Shown piece after piece: positions 35,500 through 45,547 of a DNA stretch of 64,000 bases. This DNA comes from Dokdonella sp. (GTDB taxonomy: Bacteria; Pseudomonadota; Gammaproteobacteria; Xanthomonadales; Rhodanobacteraceae), in NCBI RefSeq assembly GCF_036518555.1, contig NZ_DATDMY010000003.1, forward strand, positions 2,626 through 66,625, read 5' to 3'. How positions within the stretch are numbered: position 1 is the stretch's first letter; the number at the start of each line of letters is the position of its first letter. The position numbers and the translations under genes were made by a program. A model generated the notes under the pieces. It worked only from the letters and a program-made list of their open reading frames with translations, searched no databases and had not been told where the DNA came from.

Positions 35500-38139
35500 T
35501 CAGGCCGGCATCGGATCCGGGAAATGCGCGAGGAGCCGCTTGGCCCCCTCGACCAGTCCGAGGTAGGTCGCGGTGGCGCCGGCGAGGAACGCGTAGTACG
35601 CCGCCGGCAGGGGCACGAAGCCGAGGTCGTCGGCGAGCGGGGAGAGCGGCAACAGCAGCGCGACGGCGACGACCGCGAACGCGGCGGCGGCGAGCGGCAG
35701 GCTCGGGAGGCTGCGCAGCGGATTGCGCTGGGTGCGGATCACGAACAGCACGAAGGTCTGCGTCGCCAGCGATTCGACGAACCAGCCGGTATGGAACAGG
35801 GCCTCGCCCGCGTGGAGCCAGTGCAGGAGCGCGAAGAAGGTCAGGAAGTCGTACAGCGTGCTCACCGGGCCGATGACGAACATGAACCGGCGTATCGCGG
35901 CGACGTTCCAGCGTCGCGGTCTGCGGATCTGGTCCGCATCGACGTGGTCGCTCGGGATCATCGTCTGCGACAGGTCGTAGAGCAGGTTGTTGAGCAGGAT
36001 CTGCGTCGGCAGCATCGGCAGGAACGGCAGGAACGCCGCGGCCGCCGCCATGCTGAGCATGTTGCCGAAGTTCGAGCTCGTTTCCATCATGAGGTACTTC
36101 ATGACGTTGGCGAATGCTTGCCGCCCCTGCAGGACGCCCTCGTGCAGCAGCGCGAGGTCGCGGCTGCCGAGCACGATGTCGGCCGCATCGCGTGCGACGT
36201 CGACGGCGTTCATGACCGAGATGCCGACGTCGGCCGCGTGCAGCGAAGGCGCGTCGTTGACGCCGTCGCCGAGGAATCCGACGACGTGCCCGCGGGCCTT
36301 CAATGCGAGCACGATGCGCAGCTTCTGCGCCGGCGACACGCGCGTGAACAGGTTGGCATGCTCCGCGAGGGGGCCGAGTGCGACGTCGCTGGTATCGTCG
36401 AGGGCGTCGCCGCTGGCTGCGCTGGCGACGTCGATGCCCGCCTGCGTGCAGACGCTGCGGGCGACGCTCGCGTTGTCGCCGGTGAGGATCTTCACCACGA
36501 CGCCGTCCGCGGCGAGCGAACGCAGCGATTCCGCCACGCCTTCGACGAGCGGGTCGGCGAACGCGACGAATCCGACGAGGACGAGCCCGGTTTCATCGGC
36601 GGGCGAATAGCGCTCCTGCACCTCCACCCGTCGACGCGCGACGGCCAGCACGCGCTCGCCGCGCTCGCCGAAGGATTCGTAGGCGCGCGTGCAGCGCGCG
36701 CGCGATTCGTCGTCGAGCGCGCGATCGCGCGCATCGTCGTCGATGCGGCTGCATTGGAGCACGACCGCCTCCGGCGCGCCCTTGACGACGATGACGCGTT
36801 CGCCGGCCGATTCGACGATGACGCTCGAGCGGCGGCGCTCGAAGTCGAACGGAACTTCGTCGACCTTGCGATGCCCGGCTGGCGCACAGCGCGGATCGCG
36901 CAAGAGCGCCGCATCGAGCGCGCTGCGGATCCCGGTTTCGAACAGGCTGTTGACCGCGGCGAGGCGTATCGTCGCGTCCGAAGCCCGCCCGAACGGATCG
37001 GTGCTCGCCACCACCGACATCTCGCCGGTCGTGAGCGTGCCGGTCTTGTCGCTGAGCAGCACCGTCATGCTGCCGAAGTCCTCGATCGCAGCGAGGTGCT
37101 TGACGATCACGTTGCGCGAGGCCATGCGTACGGCGCCCCGCGCGAGCGTCACGGTCGTGATCACGGGCATGAACTCCGGCGTGAGGCCGACCGCGAGCGC
37201 GAGCGCGAACATCAGCGACTGCAGCGGCGGCCGCCCCAGCGCGAGCGTGACGAGCAGCACGAACAGCAGCAGGAACAACACGGTCTGCATGATCATGCGC
37301 GCAAAGGCCGCCAGCCCGAGTTCGAACTCGGTCGGTGGCGGCCGTTGCGTGAGCGCGTCGGCGACGTCGCCGAATGCGGTGGCGCGACCGGTGGCGAAGA
37401 CGAGCGCCTCCGCCGAGCCGGCGACGACCGACGTGCCGAGGAACACGAGTTGCGGCGCGTTCGCGTCGTGCGTGCAGCCGGATGCTCCATCGACGGCGCG
37501 TTTTTCCGCCGGCATCGACTCGCCGGTGAGCGCGGCCTGCTGGACGTGCACGCGGCCCGACACGATGCGGGCGTCAGCCGGCACGCGGTCGCCGGCGCAC
37601 AGGCGGATCGTGTCGCCGGGTACGAGCGAGGAGCGCGGCACGTCGATCCAGGCGCCGTCGCGCAACGCGGTGGCCGACGGCGTCACCCGTTCGCGCAGTC
37701 GCGCGGCGGCGCGCTGCGAGCGGGCGCCGATCGCCGTGTTGAGCAGGATGCCGAGCGCGACCATCAGTGCGATCAAGGATGCCCCGACGAGGTCGCGCAG
37801 GTAACCGGAGACGGCCGCGGCAGCGAGCAGGATGAGCACGAGCGGGTTGCTCGCCTGCGCGATCAGCGACGACCACACGCCGTCGCGCGAGGTCGACACC
37901 GGCTCGTTCGGGCCGTAGCGTCCGCCGCGCCTCGCGGCTTCCGCGGCGGACAGTCCGCCCGCATCCGCTTCGAGGCGGCGACGCAGTTCGTCCGCCGTCG
38001 ACTGCGCGGCCCGCCGCGCCGCGATTTGCGGCGCCCGCTGCGCCGTGCGGGCGCGATCCAGCCAGCCCAGTGGACTGCGCGCGTTCCGCGCCGCCGTCGT
38101 GCTCGTGCGACCGCCGGGCCGCGTTCCGCGAAACGCCAT
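35500..38139 (-). CDS. mgtA: Magnesium-translocating P-type ATPase
   Basis: LTGES, AVGLTPEFMP, DKTGTLT, TGDN, GDGVNDAP; MgtA-type C-terminus (NLLYD, WFVESLATQ). Confidence 0.9.
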   Translation of the reverse strand: MAFRGTRPGGRTSTTAARNARSPLGWLDRARTAQRAPQIAARRAAQSTADELRRRLEADAGGLSAAEAARRGGRYGPNEPVSTSRDGVWSSLIAQASNPLVLILLAAAAVSGYLRDLVGASLIALMVALGILLNTAIGARSQRAAARLRERVTPSATALRDGAWIDVPRSSLVPGDTIRLCAGDRVPADARIVSGRVHVQQAALTGESMPAEKRAVDGASGCTHDANAPQLVFLGTSVVAGSAEALVFATGRATAFGDVADALTQRPPPTEFELGLAAFARMIMQTVLFLLLFVLLVTLALGRPPLQSLMFALALAVGLTPEFMPVITTVTLARGAVRMASRNVIVKHLAAIEDFGSMTVLLSDKTGTLTTGEMSVVASTDPFGRASDATIRLAAVNSLFETGIRSALDAALLRDPRCAPAGHRKVDEVPFDFERRRSSVIVESAGERVIVVKGAPEAVVLQCSRIDDDARDRALDDESRARCTRAYESFGERGERVLAVARRRVEVQERYSPADETGLVLVGFVAFADPLVEGVAESLRSLAADGVVVKILTGDNASVARSVCTQAGIDVASAASGDALDDTSDVALGPLAEHANLFTRVSPAQKLRIVLALKARGHVVGFLGDGVNDAPSLHAADVGISVMNAVDVARDAADIVLGSRDLALLHEGVLQGRQAFANVMKYLMMETSSNFGNMLSMAAAAAFLPFLPMLPTQILLNNLLYDLSQTMIPSDHVDADQIRRPRRWNVAAIRRFMFVIGPVSTLYDFLTFFALLHWLHAGEALFHTGWFVESLATQTFVLFVIRTQRNPLRSLPSLPLAAAAFAVVAVALLLPLSPLADDLGFVPLPAAYYAFLAGATATYLGLVEGAKRLLAHFPDPMPA

Positions 38140-38195
38140 GGCCGATCCCTTGCATCGCCGGTGCCGCCACGCTAGCGCCGGCATCGGCAAGGCGA

Positions 38196-38251
38196 TTGAC
38201 CCACGTCAACCGGGCCTCGCTTCACGACGGAAGCGAATTGACATCGATCAA
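38196..38251. promoter_or_regulatory. Two FNR-type boxes in the divergent mgtA/phasin intergenic region
   Basis: TTGACccacGTCAA (38196-38209) and TTGACatcgATCAA (38238-38251). Confidence 0.75.
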
Positions 38252-38309
38252 TGCGTGTTGCCGGACCCGCGACTAGCCTCGTGCACGCATTCCATCGGGC
38301 CCGAGCGCC

Positions 38310-38606
38310 ATGACAGACCCATCCGACGCCGCGGCGGCGGCGATGCAGACGCCCTTCGACCTCTGGTCGGCGTGGTACGTCAACGCGACCGGCATGCAGG
38401 CCGAGTGGCTGCGTTTCGCCACTTCGGTCTGGCTCAAGGACGCGCGCGCGGTCGCGCGCCTGGCGACGTGCGCGACGCCGATCGAACTCGCGTCCGCGCA
38501 GGCCGCGCTCGCGCAGGAGGCGCTCGCCGACTGGTTCGAACTCCAGCGCAAGGTGTTCGGCGAGTTCGACCCGGACATCGCGGGGAGCGCGCTCGCGGTC
38601 GCCTGA
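38310..38606 (+). CDS. Phasin-family small protein
   Basis: Helical 98 aa with [14 protein letters not shown], typical of phasin-like (Phasin_2) proteins. Confidence 0.55.
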   Translation: MTDPSDAAAAAMQTPFDLWSAWYVNATGMQAEWLRFATSVWLKDARAVARLATCATPIELASAQAALAQEALADWFELQRKVFGEFDPDIAGSALAVA

Positions 38607-38632
38607 TCGCCGCCCACCAGCAGGAGGATGCC

Positions 38633-38839
38633 ATGAGCAACGTGGCGAAGGTCATCGAGATCAACGCGGGTTCGAAGAAGAGCTTCGACGACGCGGTGCG
38701 CACCGGTCTGTCGAAGGTCGCCGAAACGATCGGCAATGTCCGTGGCGCCTGGATCAGCGACACCAAGGTGGTCACGACGCCCGACGGCGACATCGAGGAA
38801 TGGCGCGTCTGCATGCGCGTGACGTTCGTGGTCGAGTAG
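38633..38839 (+). CDS. Dodecin-family flavin-binding protein
   Basis: [22 protein letters not shown]...[12 protein letters not shown]; AGGAGG RBS. Confidence 0.9.
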   Translation: MSNVAKVIEINAGSKKSFDDAVRTGLSKVAETIGNVRGAWISDTKVVTTPDGDIEEWRVCMRVTFVVE

Positions 38840-38844
38840 CGGCC

Positions 38845-39714
38845 GTGCCGTCGCGCGTACTGTTCCACCTCGCCGCACGCGAGAAGATCCTGCGCGGGAC
38901 CAGCCAGCTCGCCGACGCGGTTCGGGTCACCCTCGGGCCGAAGTCGAAGTCGGTGCTGATCCAGCAGAAATGGGGCGCGCCGATCGTCTGCAACGACGGC
39001 GTCACGATCGCGCGCGAACTCGACCTTGCCGATGCCGAGGAGCGCCTCGGCGCGCAGATGCTCAGGCAGGCGGCGGAGAAGACCGGCGAATCGGTCGGCG
39101 ACGGTACCAGCACGTCCACCTTGCTCGCCCATGCGATCTTCGCGGACGGCCTGCGCAACGTGGTCGCCGGCGCGGCCGCAGTCGACATCAAGCGTGGCCT
39201 CGACCGGGCGACCGCCGCAGCGGTGGTCGCACTGAAGGCGATGGCGCGACCGGTGGGGACGCGCAAGGCGAGGGCGCAGGTCGCGTCGATGTCCGCGCAC
39301 AACGACGCGGCCATCGGCGAACTCGTCGCCGCCGCGATGGAGCGGATCGGCGACTCCGGCGTCATCACGGTCGAGGAATCGAAGACGACCGATACCGTGC
39401 TGGACGTCGTGGAGGGGTTGCAGTTCGACCGCGGCTACACGTCGCCGTACTTCGTGACCCATCCGGACAAGATGGAGGCCGTGCTCGAGGACGCGCTCGT
39501 GCTCCTGTGCGACCAGCGCATCGGCGCGCTCCACGACATCGTGCCGATCCTCGAGCAGGCGGCGAAGTCGGGCCATCCGATCCTCATCGTGGCCGAGGAC
39601 GTCGAAGGCGAGGCGCTCGCGACCCTGATCGTCAACCACCTGCGCGGCGTGCTCAAGAGCATCGCGGTGAAGTCGCCCGCATTCGGCGATCGGCGCAAGG
39701 CGATGCTCGAGGAC
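38845..39714 (+). pseudogene. groL: Chaperonin GroEL, 5' half only (290 codons)
   Basis: [47 protein letters not shown]; homology then stops abruptly and no groES is present. Confidence 0.85.
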
Positions 39715-39841
39715 CGTTCGTGCGCTCCATCACCACGAGCATGCCGACGTGGCGGCGACGCATCTCGCGTGCGGCTTCGCGCACCGAGACGTCCTCGAAC
39801 ACGCAGATCGCGTCGCTCGTGCACAGGTCCCGAACTCGCAT
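39713..39841 (-). pseudogene. CBS-domain protein, 5' fragment
   Basis: GGAGG RBS then [43 protein letters not shown]; the frame then runs into antisense groEL and stops at 39653. Confidence 0.75.
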
Positions 39842-39857
39842 GTCGCCTCCGGAGGGC

Positions 39858-41705
39858 TCAGGTTTCGACGGGCAAGGCCGCCGCCGGCTGCGCCCGCGCG
39901 GCGAGCATGTCGACGAGCTCGTCGCCCGATAGGGTTTCGCGTTCGAGCAGGGCCGCGGCCGCGCGGTCGAGTACCGCCCGCTCGGCGGCCAGGATCGCTC
40001 GCGCGCGCTCGAACGCAGCGTCGAGCAGCTCGCGCACCGCGTCGTCGACGGTCGTCGCCGTCGCTTCGCCGTACAGGCGCGGTCGCCATGCGTCGGCCGG
40101 CTGGTCGAGCAGCGGGCTCGCGGTCGGCTCGTAGCTCACGTGGCCGATCTGCGGCACCATGCCGTAGCGCAGGACCATGCTGCGGGCGATGCCGGTTGCC
40201 TTCGCGAGGTCGTCGGCGGCGCCGGTCGAGGTGTCGCCGAAGACGAGCGATTCCGCCGCGCGCCCCCCGAACAGGACGGCGAGGCGGTCGCCGAGTTCGC
40301 GGCACGACATCAGGAAGCGGTCTTCGGTCGGGCGCTGGATCGTGTAACCGAGCGCCGCGATGCCGCGCGGGATGATCGAGACTTTTTGCACGCGGTCGGA
40401 GCCGGGCAGCGCGAGGGCCACGAGCGCATGGCCGATCTCGTGATACGCGATCGTGCGCCGCTCGCTCGCGGACAGGATGCGCGTCTTCTTCTCGAGCCCG
40501 GCGACGATGCGTTCGATCGCCTCGGCCAGGTCCCTCTGCTCCACTGCGACCGCATGGCGGCGCGTCGCGAGCAGCGCCGCCTCGTTGACGAGATTGGCGA
40601 GGTCGGCGCCGGTGAAGCCGGTCGTGAGCGCGGCGACGTCTTCCAGCGAGACGTCGCCGCCGAGCACGACCTTGCGTGCGTGCACGTGCAGGATCGCGAG
40701 GCGGCCCGTCTTGTCCGGTCGGTCGACGAGGATCTGGCGATCGAAGCGGCCGGCCCGCAGCAGCGCCGGATCGAGGATCTCCGGACGGTTCGTCGCCGCG
40801 AGGAGCACGACACCGCTGCGCGTGTCGAACCCGTCGAGCTCGGAAAGCAACTGGTTGAGCGTCTGCTCCTTCTCGTCCTGGCCGCCACTGATCGGCATGG
40901 CGCCGCGGGCGCGGCCGAGCGCGTCGAGTTCGTCGATGAAGATGATGCACGGGGCCTGCTCCCTCGCGCGCTCGAACAGGTCGCGTACGCGCGAGGCGCC
41001 GACGCCGACGAACAGTTCGACGAACTCCGAACCGTTGATCGAGAGGAACGGCACGCCGGCTTCGCCCGCGACCGCGCGCGCGAGCAGCGTCTTGCCCGTA
41101 CCCGGAGGCCCGACGAGCAACACGCCCTTGGGCACGTGCGCGCCGAGGCGCCCGTGGCCCTCGGGGTCGCGCAGGAACGCGATGACTTCCTGCAGTTCGA
41201 CCTTCGCCTCGTCGACGCCGGCGACGTCGGCGAACGTCGTCGGGATCGACTTCTCGACGTAGACCTTCGCGTTGCTCTTGCCGATCGTCATGAGTCCGGA
41301 ACCGCGCCCGCTTCCGAGCCGACTCGCGAGCAGCAGCCAGATGCCGACGAACACCAGCGGTGGCAGCAGCCAGCCGACGATGCCTTCGAGCCAGCCGGAG
41401 GACGCCTGTCCGCCGTAGCTGACGCCGGCCGCGGCGAGCTGCGCGGCGACGGCCGGGTCGACGCGGACGGTTTCGAAGCGACGCGGCCGCGCCGAGGCAT
41501 CCTTCGCCTTGAAGGTGCCGTGGATCGCGTCGTCGCCGACGACGACGTCTTCGATCTCGCCGGCCTTCAGCGCGGTTTCGAAGCGGCTGTAGGGAATCGT
41601 CTCGACGTCGACGAGCGATACCGCGTAACGCTCCACCGCGACGAGCACGGCCAATGCGAAGACGCCATACCAGATCGAGAATCGGAGCGGTCGCTTCATG
41701 CGCAT
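39858..41705 (-). CDS. ftsH: ATP-dependent zinc metalloprotease FtsH (accessory paralogue)
   Basis: [47 protein letters not shown]; two N-terminal TMs. Confidence 0.95.
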   Translation of the reverse strand: MRMKRPLRFSIWYGVFALAVLVAVERYAVSLVDVETIPYSRFETALKAGEIEDVVVGDDAIHGTFKAKDASARPRRFETVRVDPAVAAQLAAAGVSYGGQASSGWLEGIVGWLLPPLVFVGIWLLLASRLGSGRGSGLMTIGKSNAKVYVEKSIPTTFADVAGVDEAKVELQEVIAFLRDPEGHGRLGAHVPKGVLLVGPPGTGKTLLARAVAGEAGVPFLSINGSEFVELFVGVGASRVRDLFERAREQAPCIIFIDELDALGRARGAMPISGGQDEKEQTLNQLLSELDGFDTRSGVVLLAATNRPEILDPALLRAGRFDRQILVDRPDKTGRLAILHVHARKVVLGGDVSLEDVAALTTGFTGADLANLVNEAALLATRRHAVAVEQRDLAEAIERIVAGLEKKTRILSASERRTIAYHEIGHALVALALPGSDRVQKVSIIPRGIAALGYTIQRPTEDRFLMSCRELGDRLAVLFGGRAAESLVFGDTSTGAADDLAKATGIARSMVLRYGMVPQIGHVSYEPTASPLLDQPADAWRPRLYGEATATTVDDAVRELLDAAFERARAILAAERAVLDRAAAALLERETLSGDELVDMLAARAQPAAALPVET

Positions 41706-41760
41706 CCGGGACGCGTACGGTGGCCTCGACGGAGCATCCCGCAATCCCGTTCGCGCCGGA

Positions 41761-41859
41761 TTGATCTGCGTCATCCGCACGATCGATTCGAAGCCGGCAT
41801 GCATCACGCCACGTGCGACGCACGTGCTGCGCGCGGTCGGGTCAATTGACGTGCATCAA
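41761..41859. promoter_or_regulatory. FNR-type boxes between ftsH and a divergent hypothetical gene
   Basis: TTGACgtgcATCAA (41846-41859) and weaker TTGATctgcGTCAT (41761-41774). Confidence 0.7.
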
Positions 41860-41910
41860 GGCGCGGTCGAGCGTCGCGCGTAGAGTCGACTTGCCGGCCC
41901 GGAGACGTGC

Positions 41911-42360
41911 ATGAAGGCGACAGGTTCGATGCAGCTCGCATTCGCGCTCGCGTCCTGCGCGCCGATGACGGCGCATTGCGCCGATCTCGGTTGCCACCTC
42001 AGCTTCACGACCACGGCATGGTCCGCGCTGTACTCGAGCGCGCAGGGCGAAGGCATCGTGTTCTGCGACGACGGCTCGGCGATGCGCGTGGACATCGTCG
42101 AGGGCGGGCTCGGCCTCGCGGCCGGACGGTGGGCGATCACGGATGGGAGGGGTGCCTTCTCCGGCGTCCAAGGCATCGACGAAGTCGTCGGCGAATACGT
42201 CGCGGTGAGTGCGAACGTCGGCCTGATCAAGGCCGCCACCGTGCATGTTTTGGCCAAGGGCGGGATCTCGCTCGCGCTTGCCGGGCAGGGCGCGGGCTTC
42301 GACATCGGCCTGTGCATCGGCCGCTTCGAAGTCCGCAAGTCGGCCCAAGGGCGGAGGTAG
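41911..42360 (+). CDS. Small secreted conserved hypothetical protein (Gly-rich beta protein, two or more Cys)
   Basis: GGAG RBS; CHLSF...W...Y...G.G...C.DG pattern; C-terminal ISLALAG.GAGFDIG. Confidence 0.6.
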   Translation: MKATGSMQLAFALASCAPMTAHCADLGCHLSFTTTAWSALYSSAQGEGIVFCDDGSAMRVDIVEGGLGLAAGRWAITDGRGAFSGVQGIDEVVGEYVAVSANVGLIKAATVHVLAKGGISLALAGQGAGFDIGLCIGRFEVRKSAQGRR

Positions 42361-42423
42361 CACATGCCGCCCGATCTCACCGCGCCCGAGCACGAACGAG
42401 CGTGCGCCGCTGTCGCGGTTGCG

Positions 42424-42765
42424 TCAGGTGCAATCGCGCCCACCGCCGCAGTAGATGTCGTGCAGCACGCGCACGATGCGTTTCGCCGGGCCGGGCGCGA
42501 GAGCGTAGTAGATCGTCTGCGCATCGCGCCGCGTGACGACGAGTTCCTCCTCGCGCAGCACCGCGAGATGTTGCGACAGCGCGGGCTGGCTGAGGTCGAG
42601 GTTCGCATTGATCTGCGACACGGAACGTTCCCCGCCGGCGAGCAGGCAAAGGATCATCAGGCGGCTCTCGTTGCCGAGCGCCCTGAGCAGCCGGCTGGCG
42701 TCACCGGCGTGGGCGCGCATGCGTTCAGGGTCGAGCACGGATCTCGGCGTTCGTGGGCGGCTCAT
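42424..42765 (-). CDS. ArsR-family persulfide-sensing repressor (SqrR/BigR type)
   Basis: LRALGNESRLMILCLL, SQPALSQHLAVLR, RRDAQTIYY, IYC; both sensing-position Cys present. Confidence 0.85.
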   Translation of the reverse strand: MSRPRTPRSVLDPERMRAHAGDASRLLRALGNESRLMILCLLAGGERSVSQINANLDLSQPALSQHLAVLREEELVVTRRDAQTIYYALAPGPAKRIVRVLHDIYCGGGRDCT

Positions 42766-42843
42766 CGAAATCTCCTTGCACCAAAGCGTGGGTACCGATG
42801 CGGCAGGCCGGCGGCGTGCGTCCGCCGATGCGCACCCGCGCTA

Positions 42844-42885
42844 CAATATAAGTTGACGTGCATATAAAGAACACCTAATATATTG
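42844..42885 (+). promoter_or_regulatory. Sigma70-type promoter of sqr inside an AT-rich inverted repeat (candidate operator)
   Basis: TTGACG (42853-42858), N17, TAATAT (42876-42881); flanked by CAATATA (42844) and TATATTG (42879-42885). Confidence 0.65.
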
Positions 42886-42909
42886 CCACGAAAGCGGGTG
42901 AGGTGGAAC

Positions 42910-44196
42910 ATGGCCAGGATCATCGTCGTCGGCGCGGGTTTGGCGGGCATGAGCGCCGCCTACGAACTGCGCGAGGTGCTCGGGTCCTCGCACGAGGTCA
43001 CGCTCGTCGGGCAAGGAGACACCTTCGCGTTCACGCCGTCCAACCCGTGGCTGGCGATCGGCTGGCGCAGGCCGGAGGACATCACGCTCCCGGTCGCACC
43101 GCACGTCGCGCGGCGCGGCATCGCGTTCCGCGGCGACGGCGTCGCACGGATCCTCGCGCAGGAGCACGTCGTCGTGACCGGCGACGGGACGCGCCTTCCG
43201 TACGACTACCTCGTCCTGTGCACCGGGCCTCAGCTCGCGTTCGACGAGATACCGGGCCTCGGCCCCGACGGGCGGACGCAGTCGGTCTGCACGGCCGCGC
43301 ACGCGCAAGGGGCCTGGCAAGCCTATGAGGCCTTCCTCGCCGATCCCGGGCCGGTGGTCGTCGGCGCCGCGCAGGGCGCGAGCTGCTTCGGCCCCGCCTA
43401 CGAGTTCGCGATGATCCTCGATGCGGACCTGCGCAAGCGCCGCCTGCGCGACCGCGTCCCGATGACGTTCGTGACCTCCGAGCCCTACCTCGGCCATCTC
43501 GGCCTCGGCGGCGTCGGCGACTCCAAGTCGCTGATGGAATCGGAGTTCCGCAAGCGCCACATCAAATGGATCGAGAACGCGCGCATCACGGGCGCCCGCG
43601 AAGCAGGGCTCGACGTCGAGCAGCTCGACGCGCACGGGCGCGTCGCGGCGACGACCGTGCTGCCGTTCCGCTATGCGATGGTGCTGCCGTCGTTCCGCGG
43701 CGTACCCGCGGTCGCGGCCGTGGAATCGCTGTGCAACCCGCGCGGCTTCGTCATCGTCGATGCACACCAGCGCAGCCCGGCCTATCCGCGCATCTTCGCC
43801 GCGGGCGTCTGCGTCGCCATACCGCCCGTGGAGGCGACCGCGGTGCCGACCGGCGCGCCGAAGACGGGCTTCATGATCGAATCGATGGTCAGCACGATCG
43901 TGCGCAACATCGATGCCGAGCTCAAGGGCGAGGCGCCCGAATACGAGGGCACGTGGAACGCCGTCTGCCTCGCCGACATGGGCGACACCGGCGTCGCGTT
44001 CGTCGCGCTGCCGCAGATCCCGCCGCGCAACGTGACCTGGACGGCGAGCGGCAAGTGGGTGCACCTGGCCAAGGTCGGCTTCGAGAAGTACTTCCTGCAC
44101 AAGATGCGCAGCGGCGTCTCCGAGCCGATCTACGAGAAGTACATCCTCTCCGCGCTCGGCATCGAGCGCCTGAAGGAGCGCCGCGCTCACGAGTAG
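42910..44196 (+). CDS. sqr: Sulfide:quinone oxidoreductase, type I (SqrA-like)
   Basis: GAGLAG FAD motif, FTPSNPW, QSVCT, GASCFGPAYEF, PKTGFMIESM, WNAVCLADMG, KVGFEKYFL. Confidence 0.9.
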   Translation: MARIIVVGAGLAGMSAAYELREVLGSSHEVTLVGQGDTFAFTPSNPWLAIGWRRPEDITLPVAPHVARRGIAFRGDGVARILAQEHVVVTGDGTRLPYDYLVLCTGPQLAFDEIPGLGPDGRTQSVCTAAHAQGAWQAYEAFLADPGPVVVGAAQGASCFGPAYEFAMILDADLRKRRLRDRVPMTFVTSEPYLGHLGLGGVGDSKSLMESEFRKRHIKWIENARITGAREAGLDVEQLDAHGRVAATTVLPFRYAMVLPSFRGVPAVAAVESLCNPRGFVIVDAHQRSPAYPRIFAAGVCVAIPPVEATAVPTGAPKTGFMIESMVSTIVRNIDAELKGEAPEYEGTWNAVCLADMGDTGVAFVALPQIPPRNVTWTASGKWVHLAKVGFEKYFLHKMRSGVSEPIYEKYILSALGIERLKERRAHE

Positions 44197-44262
44197 GCGT
44201 CGAACGTCCCGCGCCGGCGGCGCGGGGCGCGGATTTTCCCCTCTTTCGAAGGAGTCTTCACC

Positions 44263-44469
44263 ATGAACCTCGACCGTGCGGTGATGGCATTCGCGGGCGT
44301 GATGGTCCTCGTCAGCGTGCTGCTTGCGTATTACGTCTCCCCCTGGTGGCTGCTGCTGACGGTGTTCGTCGGGCTCAACCTCATCCAGGCGAGCATCACG
44401 GGCTTCTGCCCGGCCGCGATCGTGTTCCGGAAATTCGGCGTGCGCGGAGGCGGTTGTGCGTTCAAGTAG
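44263..44469 (+). CDS. DUF2892 (YgaP-like) small membrane protein
   Basis: FVGLNLIQASITGFCPAA motif, two TMs. Confidence 0.85.
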   Translation: MNLDRAVMAFAGVMVLVSVLLAYYVSPWWLLLTVFVGLNLIQASITGFCPAAIVFRKFGVRGGGCAFK

Positions 44470-45547
44470 TCGATGGCTGCCGCTCGCGGCCGCGGCGGCA
44501 CTCGCCGCGTGCAGCGGCGAGCGGGCGACCAGTCAGCTGCCGCCGTTGCCCGATCTGCCGATCCTCGAAGTGACGCCTGCGGGCGCTTCGCGGGGGCAGG
44601 GCTGGGATGGCGTCGTCGAAGCGATGCGGCGCGCCGACCTCAGCGCGCAGACCGCCGGCACCGTCGACGCGGTCGAGGTCGACGTGAACGATCGCGTCGA
44701 CGCCGCAGCGGTGCTGGTGCGCATCAGCGCAGTCGAGCAGGATGCCGTCGCGAACACGGCGCGCGCGCAGCTGCGCGCGGCCGAAGCGTCGGCCGTCGTG
44801 GCCGAGCAGAACTTTCGCCGCTTCTCGACGCTGTCCGATGCCCGGTACGGGTCGCGCGCGCAACTCGACCAGGCCCGCGCCGAGCGCGACGCCGCGGTCG
44901 CCGCGCGCGACGCGGCACGCGCACGCCTGGCGCAGGCGGCGCAGCAGGCCGGGTACACCGTCGTGCGCGCGCCGTTCGCGGGCGTGGTCGCGCGCCGCGA
45001 CGTCGAGCCCGGTGAAACGGTGGCGCCCGGTCAGCCGCTGCTCTCGGTCTACGCACCGCACGATCTCCGCATCGAGGTGTCGGTGCCGCAGACGCGCGCG
45101 GAGGCGATCCGGCGCGATCCGCGCGCGCGCGTTCGATTGCCCGACGGGCGCGAACTGGCGCCGACGCAGGTCGTCGTGTTCCCGGCCGCCGACGACCTCA
45201 GCCATAGCGTGGTCGTGCGACTCGCGTTGCCCGCGACGGCGGCGCCGCCTGCACCCGGCACGACCGCCAAGGTCGTGTTCGATGCCGCGGCCCCGGAAGG
45301 TGAAGCGGAGGCGCAGCCGGTGAGCATTCCGCGTGCGTCCGTCGCCCAGCGCGGAGAGCTCAGCGCTGTCTACGTCAGGCAGGGCGATCGGATCCTGCTT
45401 CGCCAGGTGCGCCTCGGAGCGCACCACGGCGACGACGTCGACGTGATCAGCGGGTTGCGCGCGGGCGACGCGATCGTGCGCGATCCCGTCGCTGCCGTGC
45501 AGGCCCTCGCTGCCCAGCGACGCGCGGTGGGTGCGGCGCATGAGTGA
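44456..45547 (+). CDS. RND efflux periplasmic adaptor (lipoprotein)
   Basis: Lipobox LAAC; LSAQTAGTV..V.VDVNDRV; VVRAPFAGVV; VISGLRAGD. Confidence 0.9.
   Translation: MRSSSRWLPLAAAAALAACSGERATSQLPPLPDLPILEVTPAGASRGQGWDGVVEAMRRADLSAQTAGTVDAVEVDVNDRVDAAAVLVRISAVEQDAVANTARAQLRAAEASAVVAEQNFRRFSTLSDARYGSRAQLDQARAERDAAVAARDAARARLAQAAQQAGYTVVRAPFAGVVARRDVEPGETVAPGQPLLSVYAPHDLRIEVSVPQTRAEAIRRDPRARVRLPDGRELAPTQVVVFPAADDLSHSVVVRLALPATAAPPAPGTTAKVVFDAAAPEGEAEAQPVSIPRASVAQRGELSAVYVRQGDRILLRQVRLGAHHGDDVDVISGLRAGDAIVRDPVAAVQALAAQRRAVGAAHE

Noticed and set aside
38800-40134. Full-length 444-aa GroEL
   Set aside because: Homology stops at codon 290; the rest is antisense CBS and ftsH sequence.
41701-41720. 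Sixth RpoE promoter (GCATCC...CGTA near the ftsH start)
   Set aside because: Spacer is only 6 bp and the site overlaps the ftsH start on the opposite strand.
44208-44236. Terminator between sqr and DUF2892
   Set aside because: A GC hairpin exists, but the T-run is displaced from the stem; too weak to call.
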